A stretch of DNA of 64,000 bases, taken from Candidatus Omnitrophota bacterium. Lineage in GTDB: Bacteria > Ratteibacteria > UBA8468 > MWAK01. The position numbers and the translations under genes were made by a program. The stretch spans positions 26,940-90,939 of the forward strand of contig JAZDPL010000038.1 of NCBI GenBank assembly GCA_043797665.1, in the 5' to 3' direction. Below the pieces are notes generated by a model. The model had not been told where the DNA came from, ran no database searches, and saw only the letters and a list, made by a program, of their open reading frames with translations. Below are positions 34,624 through 43,750 of the stretch, one piece after another (the stretch's first letter is position 1; each line of letters opens with the position of its first letter).

Positions 34624-35337
34624 TTAAAATCCCGCATCAAGGAGCGGGTATACATCAGAATGCGGATAAACCGAATTGGCACTCTTTATGGTCTGAGCAG
34701 GTGCTCCAGTAATCGCCTTGACATGTCCGTCAACGTAAAGAGCGTTGTAAAGTGCTTTATGGTAACAAAGTGACGACCAGAAAGCATCTGCCAGGACACA
34801 TTTTTGGGCATCTTTTTCGGTATCCAGAAATCTGGGGTCATAATTATAGAGGCGATAGAAATACGGAGACTTTGCGCCTTCGGAATAAGGAGATGTTCCG
34901 GCACGCATGCTTACGATGGCCGAGAGATTGTATGCGCTTGCTCCAAGGTAATTCTCGGAAGGTATACTGGGGCAGAAGAACATTTTAGCGCTTGTCCTGC
35001 CGATACTCCCACAATAACCGTTCACCAAAAGAATTCCTAAACCGGCTGCCGGTTGAGGCAAGCTATAGGGTATCCAGGTGAAGCAACTTGGATCGCTCGC
35101 CGGACCAATGGGGAGTTTTTGTTCCCAGTCGTTGGCGTACATCAACAAACTAAGTCCCAGTTGTTTTAGATTATTTATACACTGTGCCTGGCGGGCTTTC
35201 TCACGAGCTTGGTTCAATGCAGGTAACAGCATCGCGGCTAAAATTGCAATTATGGCGATTACCACCAATAACTCTATAAGGGTAAAACTTCCCCTATGTT
35301 TGGCACACACAATCCGCAATTTCAATCTTCTTTTCAT
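34624..35337 (-). CDS. Prepilin-type N-terminal cleavage/methylation domain protein with DUF1559 (H-X9-DG) domain
   Basis: Class III signal peptide and pilin N-terminus [26 protein letters not shown], then the characteristic C-terminal [13 protein letters not shown]. Confidence 0.7.
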   Translation of the reverse strand: MKRRLKLRIVCAKHRGSFTLIELLVVIAIIAILAAMLLPALNQAREKARQAQCINNLKQLGLSLLMYANDWEQKLPIGPASDPSCFTWIPYSLPQPAAGLGILLVNGYCGSIGRTSAKMFFCPSIPSENYLGASAYNLSAIVSMRAGTSPYSEGAKSPYFYRLYNYDPRFLDTEKDAQKCVLADAFWSSLCYHKALYNALYVDGHVKAITGAPAQTIKSANSVYPHSDVYPLLDAGF

Positions 35338-36491
35338 AGCCTTGCCTCCATAGAAACTAACGAAGATACCGGATGGGTAACCGATTCTCTTTCAATAAGA
35401 AGGTGAGGAATTTTTATCACTTTTTCTTTCTTCGGGAACCCATTTTTAATAATATCCAAGAGAAATTGGGCTGATTTTTCTGCCATTTCCTTTGTGGGGA
35501 TACGCATTGCGGTTATGGGAGGGATAACTGCATTCAAACCTTCCCAGTCACGAAGAGAAATAATGGAGAGTTCCTCGGGAATCTTCTTTCCCATCAGGAC
35601 CGTCTGCCGTAATAAGTCAATACAGACCGCCGGGTGTTCAACCACGATTGCGGTAAGTTCCGGATTTGTTTCCAGATATCCCCGGGCGATTTGTGGCCCT
35701 GGAAAGTTTTTCCACTGTTCAAAAGGTCCGGAGAATTCCACGCTGATACACCAATGGGGTTCAAACCCTCCGTTTTGGGCGTAAAAACTTTGGTATTCCT
35801 GTTCTGTTTCCCAGCCCCGGTAGTTACATACTAATCCAATCTTCCGGTGTTCCATATTCCAAAGGTACTCTAACGCATCCCGGATAGCCTGGCTATCATT
35901 TCCCCTGACCAACGGCGCTTTCAGTTCTCCGGTGAGGAAATTATTTCCAAACCTAACGTAGGGGAACTCTCTTTTTTCTAATTCAAGGGTATTCTTTTTA
36001 CAATCCTCGGTGTCTAAAAGGGTAATGATTCCGCCTTTCAGGTTCATCTGCTGGATTTCCTGGTAGAGGTCTAACTGGTCAAAGTAGTCTTTATTAAAAC
36101 CAAGTATCTTCAGGTCAAATCCACGCAGAGTTAAAAAATCCTGAATATATTCCGCCGCCTTTGCCATTATTATCTCGGCCTCTTTAAAGTAAAAGAAACC
36201 GATAGATGGGGATTCCTTGTTGAGATTAATATCTTTACTTACGAAAGTGCCGGCCCTTCTGGTTCTATTTATTAACCCTTTCTCTACCAGACCGGAGAGG
36301 CCCTTCCGTACGGTCAGGTGATTTATTCCTAAAAACCTGCCCAGGAATGCTTCGCCGGGAATATTTTCTCCACGTTGGAGAAAGCCCTGTTCAATCATCT
36401 CGTCTAATTTGGTTTCAATCTGGTAGTAGAGAGGAATTGGGCTTGTCCGGTCTATCCCTTCTTTCAGTTCTATAAGCAGTTTTTTATCCAT
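35334..36491 (-). CDS. Transcriptional regulator, GntR-type HTH fused to a LacI/periplasmic-binding-protein-like sugar-binding domain
   Basis: N-terminal [46 protein letters not shown] (GntR wHTH). C-terminal ~300-aa PBP type-1 fold. Confidence 0.6.
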   Translation of the reverse strand: MDKKLLIELKEGIDRTSPIPLYYQIETKLDEMIEQGFLQRGENIPGEAFLGRFLGINHLTVRKGLSGLVEKGLINRTRRAGTFVSKDINLNKESPSIGFFYFKEAEIIMAKAAEYIQDFLTLRGFDLKILGFNKDYFDQLDLYQEIQQMNLKGGIITLLDTEDCKKNTLELEKREFPYVRFGNNFLTGELKAPLVRGNDSQAIRDALEYLWNMEHRKIGLVCNYRGWETEQEYQSFYAQNGGFEPHWCISVEFSGPFEQWKNFPGPQIARGYLETNPELTAIVVEHPAVCIDLLRQTVLMGKKIPEELSIISLRDWEGLNAVIPPITAMRIPTKEMAEKSAQFLLDIIKNGFPKKEKVIKIPHLLIERESVTHPVSSLVSMEARL

Positions 36492-36565
36492 CTTACTATA
36501 ATTTAATTATATCTATATATAGTTATACCATAATTATTCTGTTTTTGTCAAGGGGGTGCCCAAAT

Positions 36566-37438
36566 CTAAGTTCTGTTGGGTGGGGGAAAAAAGGACAGGA
36601 TGCCGGCGGCGATGAGAACTCCACCGATAACCAAACTGAGGCTGATACTTTCTTTCAACCAGAAGACGGAAATCAGGCCGGTCGTCAAAGGCGCCAGAAA
36701 CTGGAGCGCCCCGCAAAAAATGGTCTTGAGGTTCTTCAGGGCATAAAACCAGAGAGAAAACCCAACCGCGGTTGGCACTATCCCCAGGTAGGTACCGATA
36801 AGCCAGGCATCTTTTCCCTGTGCCAAAGGGATACGGGAAAAAAGCAGGAATAAAAACAACAAAATAGTTCCGGAAGATATGGCTAAAAAAGTGCTGACGG
36901 TCGCTCCGTATCTATCAATTAGTCCAAACTTTTTACCCAGAAGGGAATAAAATGCCCAGAATAAGGCACCCGTAATCGCCAACAGGTTCCCTTTAAGATT
37001 TAACGGGACGCCGCCGAAACGGGCAACCACCATCCAGCAGCCGATAAAACCTAAAATTATTCCCAGTACTTCCCGGAAAAGTATCTTTTCCCGTAAAATC
37101 AGAAATGCCAGAAGCCCCATAAAGATAGGATTGGCATTCATCAGGATACTGGAGGAAGTAGCGGAAGTATACTTAAGGGAATAGAAAACAAACGTGCTCA
37201 TCCCGAAGATACCCACCAGACCCAGGATAAAAAAATACAGCCAGTCTTTTTTCTTTACTCTGAGTTTGGTGCCGCCTAAAATGATGACCAGACCCAGGAC
37301 CAGAGAAGCGACGAGAAATCTGATAAAGGAAAGGAGTACCGGATGTGCTCCCCTGTTTACCGCAATCTGGGCAAAAATAAAAACCGTGCCCCAGCTTATC
37401 GCACTTATCAGTCCGGCCAGAAAACCTGCGGAATTCAT
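36566..37438 (-). CDS. EamA/DMT-family transporter
   Basis: Ten predicted TM helices and two EamA-like halves, 290 aa. Confidence 0.65.
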   Translation of the reverse strand: MNSAGFLAGLISAISWGTVFIFAQIAVNRGAHPVLLSFIRFLVASLVLGLVIILGGTKLRVKKKDWLYFFILGLVGIFGMSTFVFYSLKYTSATSSSILMNANPIFMGLLAFLILREKILFREVLGIILGFIGCWMVVARFGGVPLNLKGNLLAITGALFWAFYSLLGKKFGLIDRYGATVSTFLAISSGTILLFLFLLFSRIPLAQGKDAWLIGTYLGIVPTAVGFSLWFYALKNLKTIFCGALQFLAPLTTGLISVFWLKESISLSLVIGGVLIAAGILSFFPPPNRT

Positions 37439-39492
37439 CGCGGAATAGCAGTGGCTCCGGAAGGGAAATCAATGATTATCAGACCGTAAAAGGGCAGGAC
37501 CGTTTTGGGGATGACCGTAAGCCCGGCTTTACTCTTCTCTATCCCGAAACTTACCCGGCGCGGTCTACTCAACGGGTCAAGCACCGTACACACGGAAACC
37601 CGGTTTACTCCGGGAAGATGTACCTGGACCCGTCCGGAATCTGTACTTAAGTTGAAAACTACTATCTTACGCCTGGTTTTGAATTGCAGGTCTATGGGAA
37701 ACAGATGCGGCGTGCCGGATACCATTACCGGAGGATTCTTTTCTGCCAAAATATTTATCAGGTTCTGAACTATCCTCTGGCGCTGGAAATTAGGATTCCA
37801 GAATGACCCCTCTTCATTAAGCGGAAAAGCGCTCACCGCAACCGTACCGCCTAATTCGTTTTTAAATATGGAGAGCCCTGTTCCCACCGGTTTATTGAAA
37901 CAATCCACTACCTCGGTCCAGGGGTATGCCTTACCTCTCCGGCAGTTAAATTTCAAGATCCGGGTAAACTGGTTACAACCTGAATTAAATCCTGCCCTGA
38001 CTCCGCTCGCCCCGGAATACACAGACCGCTCCACGGAATATAAAGATTTCTCGCGGTAAAGCCACCCCCCGGATTCAATTCCCAGATATTTTCCGAATCC
38101 CCTTTTAATCAGAATATCGGCGGATTCCGCATCTAACCACAAACCCTTCGTCAGTATTTCTTTTACCTCCTTATCGGAAAAAGACCAGGCTTTCTTTCCC
38201 CAGATAAGGTTCGCCGATTCTGATTCACCCATCTGAAAAGCAACCCCGAACATTCCTAAAAGATTGGCCGGTGGAGTTGACCAGACGATAAGGTTCTGGT
38301 AATCATCACCGGAATCAGTACGGATACTTTCCGCGGCATCTTCCTTGAAAAGCACACCCACGCCCTGTGACTCCATCTTTCGGTTAAACTCCTGCCCCAG
38401 GTAAGCCAGCCCCGGAAAGGATTTATCCAGAAGTTCTCCGATACCCTCTTCCTCAAAGACACTGTTACCGGTCATGGGATGGAGGTCAAGTAAAAGTCCT
38501 TCCGAGCCCATAATCTTGGCTAAAGCCATCTGAACAAAGGTAAGGGTGTCAGACTTGTTGAAACGACCAAAAGGGAAGTTCTCCACCTCAGAATAGGATT
38601 CCACCCATTCCGGACGCAGTCTTTTCTGGATATCAAGAAGGGCAAAAGAGTTAATAAGAGAGGAACCGGTAGTCTCTCCGTAACCGGCAAAATTGGGCCG
38701 GTGAACCGCCCGGCCATTTATGGCCAATGCCTTGAAAAGGCTTTTCCACTTTCTGCCTTCTGCGCTGTGGACATCCGGGTGACTGCTCATCAACCCTAGA
38801 CGGGCTTTCGGATTTACGGACTTAACCGCATCCCTCAAGCGCCCCGCATTGGTTTCACTAATCCGGCGCCAGAGTTCTAACCAGGTCTTTCGCCAGGGAT
38901 GGGGTTTGCCAGACTGCAAAATATTCTTCACTAATTCCGGACGGCTGACCTTTTTGCCAATCTTGTGACTAAAAAGGCTCATCATCCTTTCGCTAAAATC
39001 ACCGCCCCAATCAAGGGGGCTGTGGTTATGGTAGCGGAAATCGTCTTCCAGCCAGATGGTATCAAAGCCTAACTCCGCCATTCGACGATACAAATCAGTA
39101 ATGTATTTACGCCACTCAGGGCAGGCCGGAGAGGCGACCGCCTTTGCCATTTTTCCGGTCGGGGAAACCATCAACTCAAATCCCTGACCTTTACGCAGGG
39201 TCCGACCGCGGTCACAGTGCAATACCGTAATCCACGGATTGAGATTTATTGAGAGACCGGCTCTTTTCAAGAGCGGGATTATCTTCCGGAAATTGGCGGT
39301 TATCTCCTTTATCTCCGACTCGGTTGCGTGTCCCCGGTTCCACTCTTCCGCATTGAAGAAAAGATGGACTTCAAGAATTTTGTGCTTCCGGCAAAATCGC
39401 ACTAATTCTTTAGCCCGGCTTAACGCATTCTCATCCGGCAGGATGTGAAACCGCAGACCATATCGGACATTATTGATAGACTTTTTATCCAT
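37435..39492 (-). CDS. Hypothetical TIM-barrel glycoside-hydrolase-like protein
   Basis: Long ORF with acidic motifs (TIWLEDDFRYHNH) reminiscent of GH catalytic barrels. The track start 39600 runs through the family-A repeat (39523-39608), so Met at 39492 (MDKKSINN) is preferred. Confidence 0.4.
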   Translation of the reverse strand: MDKKSINNVRYGLRFHILPDENALSRAKELVRFCRKHKILEVHLFFNAEEWNRGHATESEIKEITANFRKIIPLLKRAGLSINLNPWITVLHCDRGRTLRKGQGFELMVSPTGKMAKAVASPACPEWRKYITDLYRRMAELGFDTIWLEDDFRYHNHSPLDWGGDFSERMMSLFSHKIGKKVSRPELVKNILQSGKPHPWRKTWLELWRRISETNAGRLRDAVKSVNPKARLGLMSSHPDVHSAEGRKWKSLFKALAINGRAVHRPNFAGYGETTGSSLINSFALLDIQKRLRPEWVESYSEVENFPFGRFNKSDTLTFVQMALAKIMGSEGLLLDLHPMTGNSVFEEEGIGELLDKSFPGLAYLGQEFNRKMESQGVGVLFKEDAAESIRTDSGDDYQNLIVWSTPPANLLGMFGVAFQMGESESANLIWGKKAWSFSDKEVKEILTKGLWLDAESADILIKRGFGKYLGIESGGWLYREKSLYSVERSVYSGASGVRAGFNSGCNQFTRILKFNCRRGKAYPWTEVVDCFNKPVGTGLSIFKNELGGTVAVSAFPLNEEGSFWNPNFQRQRIVQNLINILAEKNPPVMVSGTPHLFPIDLQFKTRRKIVVFNLSTDSGRVQVHLPGVNRVSVCTVLDPLSRPRRVSFGIEKSKAGLTVIPKTVLPFYGLIIIDFPSGATAIPR

Positions 39493-39522
39493 ACCTAATA
39501 CAAACGAATTAAATATTTTGAC

Positions 39523-39608
39523 GTAGGGGTCGGATTTATCCGACCCGCGGGCCCCGTATAGGCGGCTATCGCCTTTTACGGGGCGGGCTTGATAAATCAA
39601 GCCCCTAC
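39523..39608. repeat. Family-A palindromic repeat element, copy 4 (with extra internal 34-nt hairpin)
   Basis: Sequence gtaggggtcggatttatccgacccgcgggc-[ccccgtataggcggctatcgccttttacgggg]-cgggcttgataaatcaagcccctac. It carries the same upstream extension as copy 3. Confidence 0.7.
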
Positions 39609-39616
39609 AAGTTATG

Positions 39617-40486
39617 CTACTTCTGGCAATGAGCGCAGAAGTACGTGGAACGGCTCCCGTCTTTTTTTACCATAATCGGATTTTTACAAATTCGGCAGGG
39701 CTTGTCCTTACGACCATAGACAAAGAGCTTTTCCTGAAATGTACCGTCCCGGCCGTCCGGTTTGACATAGTCCTGAATTGAAGTCCCGCCGGCAGAAAGC
39801 GCTTCCTTCAGTACCGATTGAATCGCCTGATAGAGAAGTTTCTGTTCACCTTCGGTAAGCGAACAGACTCTCCGGTCAGGATGAATCTTTGCCCGAAACA
39901 ACGCTTCGCTGGCGTAGATGTTACCCAGACCGGCGATTACGGCCTGGTCCAGAAGGAACGGTTTAATTCTGGTTTTCCTGTCCTGTAAAATCTTCTGCCA
40001 GCAGGAAAAAGTAAATTCGGCAGAAAGGGGTTCCGGTCCAAGTTTCAGGTCCGGCTCCGGGTCTTTATCCAGGAGAGAGAAACCGCCGAAACGCCTTATG
40101 TCCTGGTAATAAAGGACAGAGTTATCGGTAAAGAAAAAAGCGAGATGGTAATTGTCAACAGGATAAATCCCCCTCAGTCCCCCTTTGCCCATCCGAGGGC
40201 AAGGGGACCCGCCTTTTTTAAAGGGGGAAGAGGGAAAATAAATCAACCGGCCGGAAAGTTTCAGATGGACCAGAAGATAACCGGAAGGAATCAGATTAAA
40301 TATGAGATATTTACCGCGGCGCCGGATATCACCAATCTTTTTGCCGGATAATTCATGACAAAATTCTTTGGGTGATGGCTTTTTGACCAGGTTTAATACC
40401 TTCACCTCAACCCGGCTAACCTTCCTGCCGATGATTTTTTTCCGTAGTTGTTGCCGGATAGTTTCAACTTCAGGGAGTTCAGGCAT
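39617..40486 (-). CDS. mutM: Formamidopyrimidine-DNA glycosylase (Fpg/MutM)
   Basis: N-terminal MPELPEVE with catalytic Pro2/Glu3, H2TH region, and C-terminal zinc finger CRICKNPI...CAHCQ. Contains an in-frame family-B element at 40166-40240. Confidence 0.75.
   Translation of the reverse strand: MPELPEVETIRQQLRKKIIGRKVSRVEVKVLNLVKKPSPKEFCHELSGKKIGDIRRRGKYLIFNLIPSGYLLVHLKLSGRLIYFPSSPFKKGGSPCPRMGKGGLRGIYPVDNYHLAFFFTDNSVLYYQDIRRFGGFSLLDKDPEPDLKLGPEPLSAEFTFSCWQKILQDRKTRIKPFLLDQAVIAGLGNIYASEALFRAKIHPDRRVCSLTEGEQKLLYQAIQSVLKEALSAGGTSIQDYVKPDGRDGTFQEKLFVYGRKDKPCRICKNPIMVKKDGSRSTYFCAHCQK
40166..40240. repeat. Family-B GC-rich hairpin element inserted in frame in mutM
   Basis: Sequence aaatccccctcagtccccctttgcccatccgagggcaaggggacccgccttttttt. 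It encodes ...SPFKKGGSPCPRMGKGGLRG... inside Fpg and is a close relative of the 40966-41032 and 25600-25680 copies. Confidence 0.6.
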
Positions 40487-40491
40487 ATTTT

Positions 40492-40929
40492 TTAAATTTC
40501 TTCCGCGGTCTTAGAGGGATAGTCCGGCTTCCGGCAAAAGTCAAGGTAATCCTGCAGAATTATCTGGGCGGAAAGCCGGTCAATAACCTTCTTCCTTTTC
40601 TCCCGGGATAAGTCCGCAGCCAAAAGATAACGTTCCGCTAATTTACTGCTCAGCCTTTCATCCCATTCGGTAACCGGACAGACCACCAGTTTTTTCAATC
40701 TTTCAATGAAGGCGAGTACTTTTTGAGTCTGTCCGCTATTTTTGTTATCCATAGTCTTAGGTAATCCAACCACTACCAACTCGACCTGATAATTTTTAAT
40801 TATCTCCGGCAGTCTTTTTTCCCACTCTTTCCTGGGAATAGCCATCAGACCCTGGGCTAAAGAACCTTCTTCATCGGAGACGGCTACGCCTAAATTCTCC
40901 TGTCCGAAATCAACACCCAATATCCGCAT
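40492..40929 (-). CDS. ruvX: Holliday-junction resolvase-like nuclease RuvX/YqgF
   Basis: MRILGVDFGQENLGVAVSD with RNase H-like YqgF motifs. Confidence 0.7.
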   Translation of the reverse strand: MRILGVDFGQENLGVAVSDEEGSLAQGLMAIPRKEWEKRLPEIIKNYQVELVVVGLPKTMDNKNSGQTQKVLAFIERLKKLVVCPVTEWDERLSSKLAERYLLAADLSREKRKKVIDRLSAQIILQDYLDFCRKPDYPSKTAEEI

Positions 40930-40953
40930 CGCAGTTTCACCCCCACCTCTCCT

Positions 40954-41847
40954 CTAATCCCTCTTCTTCCCCCTTTGCAAAAGGCGGGTCCCCTTCCCGT
41001 TGAATCGGGAAAGGGGGATTGAGGGGGATTTCATGGCTTCGGCTACCAGCAAGGCTTGCTTTACTTCTTTGACATCATGTACCCGAAAGATATTCGCACC
41101 GCCAAAGTAGGTCACCACTACCGCGGCAATCGTCCCGGCCATCCTTTCGGAAACCGGAGAACCGGTGATTTCACCGATAAATTTCTTCCGGGATAGACCA
41201 ACCATAACCGGACGGGAAAGGACACTGAATTCTCCAATTTTATTCAGGATGGTAAGGTTATGTCCGGTGCTCTTTCCAAAACCGATACCCGGGTCAACTA
41301 CAATCTGCTCCTCAGAAACACCGTTATCCAAAGCAATTCTTACCCTTTCTTCCAGAAACCGGGAGATTTCTTCAATTACGTCCTGATAGACCGGTCTATT
41401 TTGCATCGTGGCAGGTGTGCCCTGCATATGCATTAAAACTACTCCGCAGCCGGTTTCACCAGCCAGTTTCAAAATTCGGGTATCCTTTCCCGCGGTAATG
41501 TCGTTAATAATGTGCGCGCCTCTTTCCAGTACTGCTCTGGCTACCTCATATTTATAGGTGTCTACGGAAACAGGTATCTTTATTTTAGGAATAAGATTCT
41601 CCAGGACCGGCAGCAACCTTTTCTTCTCCTCTTCCACACTTACGGTCTGACTGCCTGGCCGGGTGGATTCTCCGCCTAAATCGATAATGTCCGCACCCTC
41701 AGCCTCCATCCGGAAAGCCCGGTCAACCGCCTTCTCTTTTTCTAAATAGGCTCCTCCTTCGGAAAAGGAGTCCGGCGTCAGGTTAAGGATACCCATAACC
41801 CTGGGCCGGGTACAGTCAATCTTCTTTCCGCGTACTAACCAGACCAT
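40954..41847 (-). CDS. folP: Dihydropteroate synthase FolP (C-terminal tail encoded by a repeat element)
   Basis: Pterin-binding TIM barrel (GILNLTPDSFSEGG, VDTYKYEVA). The last ~25 codons (SIPLSRFNGKGTRLLQRGKKRD) are encoded by the family-B element. Confidence 0.75.
   Translation of the reverse strand: MVWLVRGKKIDCTRPRVMGILNLTPDSFSEGGAYLEKEKAVDRAFRMEAEGADIIDLGGESTRPGSQTVSVEEEKKRLLPVLENLIPKIKIPVSVDTYKYEVARAVLERGAHIINDITAGKDTRILKLAGETGCGVVLMHMQGTPATMQNRPVYQDVIEEISRFLEERVRIALDNGVSEEQIVVDPGIGFGKSTGHNLTILNKIGEFSVLSRPVMVGLSRKKFIGEITGSPVSERMAGTIAAVVVTYFGGANIFRVHDVKEVKQALLVAEAMKSPSIPLSRFNGKGTRLLQRGKKRD
40966..41032. repeat. Family-B GC-rich hairpin element at the folP 3' end
   Basis: Sequence ccctttgcaaaaggcgggtccccttcccgttgaatcgggaaagggggattgagggggatttc. 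It shares the 22-mer core with the copies at 25658 and 40170 (reverse complement). Confidence 0.65.
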
Positions 41848-41857
41848 ACTCTTTTTG

Positions 41858-43252
41858 TCATTCTACCTTTATTATCCGGGAACCTGAAGGAGTATCTTCT
41901 ACGGTTATCCCGCGGTCTTTTAAGACCTTACGAATGGTATCAGCCTTCTGGAAATCTTTTGTTTTCCGCGCCGATTCTCTTTCCGCAACCAGATTTTTTT
42001 CTTCTTCAGTCAATTCCATCTTCTCGTCGGTAAGAATCGCCAGAACCGTATCAAATTTCTTTAACGTTGTAGTGATTTCCAGTATATCCGCGGTTACCAA
42101 CGAACCTTTTTCCAGCAGAGGATTCAGGTTAGTAATCAGGTTATGCACGGCCGCCAACGCCTCCGGAGTATTCAGGTCATCGTCAAGACCCGCTTCAAAT
42201 TGTTCTATTGCCTTGTCTATCTCCCCTTTAACCGCAGGATTTTCTTTTCCTTGACTACTGTCTACTATGACACGGTTATAAAACCCCTGGATACGTTCTA
42301 TTGCGTTCCGGGATGCTTCCAGGGCTTTCAAGGTGAAGTTGAGGGGACTGCGGTAATGCACTGAAAGGAGAAGATAACGAATGGCAACCGGGTCGTATCC
42401 TTTGGCAAGCAGGTCCCGGATGGTATAGAAGTTCCCTTTACTCTTGGACATCTTTTCATTGTCAGACAGAAGGTGGGCACAGTGCAGAAAGTACCGGACA
42501 AAAGTCTTGCCGGTGGCAGACTCACTCTGAGCGATTTCATTTTCGTGGTGCGGAAAGATATTGTCCACACCACCGGTATGAAGATCAAGGGTTTCACCTA
42601 AATACTTCATACTCATCGCCGAACATTCAATGTGCCAGCCGGGCCGGCCCGGTCCAATTGGCGTTTCGTAACAAGGTTCGCCCGGCTTACTCCTCTTCCA
42701 GAGAACAAAATCTTTAATATCTTCTTTTTCGTACTCATCACTGTCAATACGCACACCCTCTTTCAGTGAGGAAAGGTCTAACCTGGCAAGTCTTCCGTAG
42801 GAGGGAAACCGCGCAATTGAAAAATAGATGGAACCATCCTTCTCATATGTATACCCTTGCTCAGCCAGTCTTTTGACCAGAGCAACCATTTCCGGAATGT
42901 GTTCGGTGGCGCGGGGATAAATGTCAGCCGGTTTAATCCGCAGGGTATCCCTGTCTTCAAAAAAAGCCTTTTCGTAAATCCGGGTATATTCGGCCAGGGA
43001 AAGACCTTCTTCCCGACTGCATTTAATCGTTTTGTCGTCAATATCGGTGATGTTCATTACATGCGTAATTGCATACCCCCGGTATTCTAAATAGCGCCGT
43101 AAGACATCCTCAAAAACGTAGGCACGAAAATTTCCGATGTGAGCAAAGTCATAAACGGTAGGACCGCAGGTATAAAGAGTAACCCTGCCGGTATCCAGAG
43201 GGGTAAATATCTCTTTTTCCCTGGTCAACGTATTCCAGAACCTTAATACCAT
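41858..43252 (-). CDS. cysS: Cysteine--tRNA ligase
   Basis: HIGN and KMSKS motifs plus the class I anticodon-binding domain. Confidence 0.85.
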   Translation of the reverse strand: MVLRFWNTLTREKEIFTPLDTGRVTLYTCGPTVYDFAHIGNFRAYVFEDVLRRYLEYRGYAITHVMNITDIDDKTIKCSREEGLSLAEYTRIYEKAFFEDRDTLRIKPADIYPRATEHIPEMVALVKRLAEQGYTYEKDGSIYFSIARFPSYGRLARLDLSSLKEGVRIDSDEYEKEDIKDFVLWKRSKPGEPCYETPIGPGRPGWHIECSAMSMKYLGETLDLHTGGVDNIFPHHENEIAQSESATGKTFVRYFLHCAHLLSDNEKMSKSKGNFYTIRDLLAKGYDPVAIRYLLLSVHYRSPLNFTLKALEASRNAIERIQGFYNRVIVDSSQGKENPAVKGEIDKAIEQFEAGLDDDLNTPEALAAVHNLITNLNPLLEKGSLVTADILEITTTLKKFDTVLAILTDEKMELTEEEKNLVAERESARKTKDFQKADTIRKVLKDRGITVEDTPSGSRIIKVE

Positions 43253-43293
43253 ATGTACCCTAGGGGTTTGCCTTAACGAACGCAGGCTTCGAA

Positions 43294-43605
43294 TCAGAGA
43301 CCTAAACCGGGAAGGTTAATACCCATCTGACTGCCTACCATCCGGCTCACCTGACCTTGCATCTGATTGACCGCGCTATTGAGGCTGACCATCAATAATC
43401 TTTCCAGGGTCTGCTTCTGGGCCGGAACGAGCAAATCGGGTGAAATCTCAAGAGAAAGAACTTCCATCTTCCCGTTGATAATCCCTTTTACCCGGCCGTC
43501 CCGGCTGGAAAACTCCAAACGATGGTCCCGCAACTGTTTTTCCAGAACTTTGGCGTGCCCGCGCAACTTGTTCAATTCTTTAAGCCCTTGAAGAAAATCT
43601 CCCAT
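43294..43605 (-). CDS. ybaB: Nucleoid-associated protein YbaB/EbfC
   Basis: 103-aa YbaB family (QKQTLERLLMVSLNSAVNQMQGQ). Confidence 0.7.
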   Translation of the reverse strand: MGDFLQGLKELNKLRGHAKVLEKQLRDHRLEFSSRDGRVKGIINGKMEVLSLEISPDLLVPAQKQTLERLLMVSLNSAVNQMQGQVSRMVGSQMGINLPGLGL

Positions 43606-43620
43606 AAACCTCCCCTTGTG

Positions 43621-43685
43621 TCATTCCCGCGGGTACTAAGCGGGAATCCATTATAGATTCCTGCCTAATGCATGCAGGAATGACA
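43621..43685. repeat. Composite palindrome with two tandem near-identical hairpins (ATTCC[C/T]GC-9nt-GC[G/A]GGAAT) between ybaB and dnaX
   Basis: Sequence gtcATTCCCGCgggtactaaGCGGGAATccattatagATTCCTGCctaatgcatGCAGGAATgac. A third hairpin, ccttaccg-ttgaatc-ggtaagg, lies at 43709-43737. Confidence 0.55.
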
Positions 43686-43750
43686 GATCGAAACGCAGGC
43701 TACGGGTCCCCTTACCGTTGAATCGGTAAGGGAACCTGCGACTACCTATT

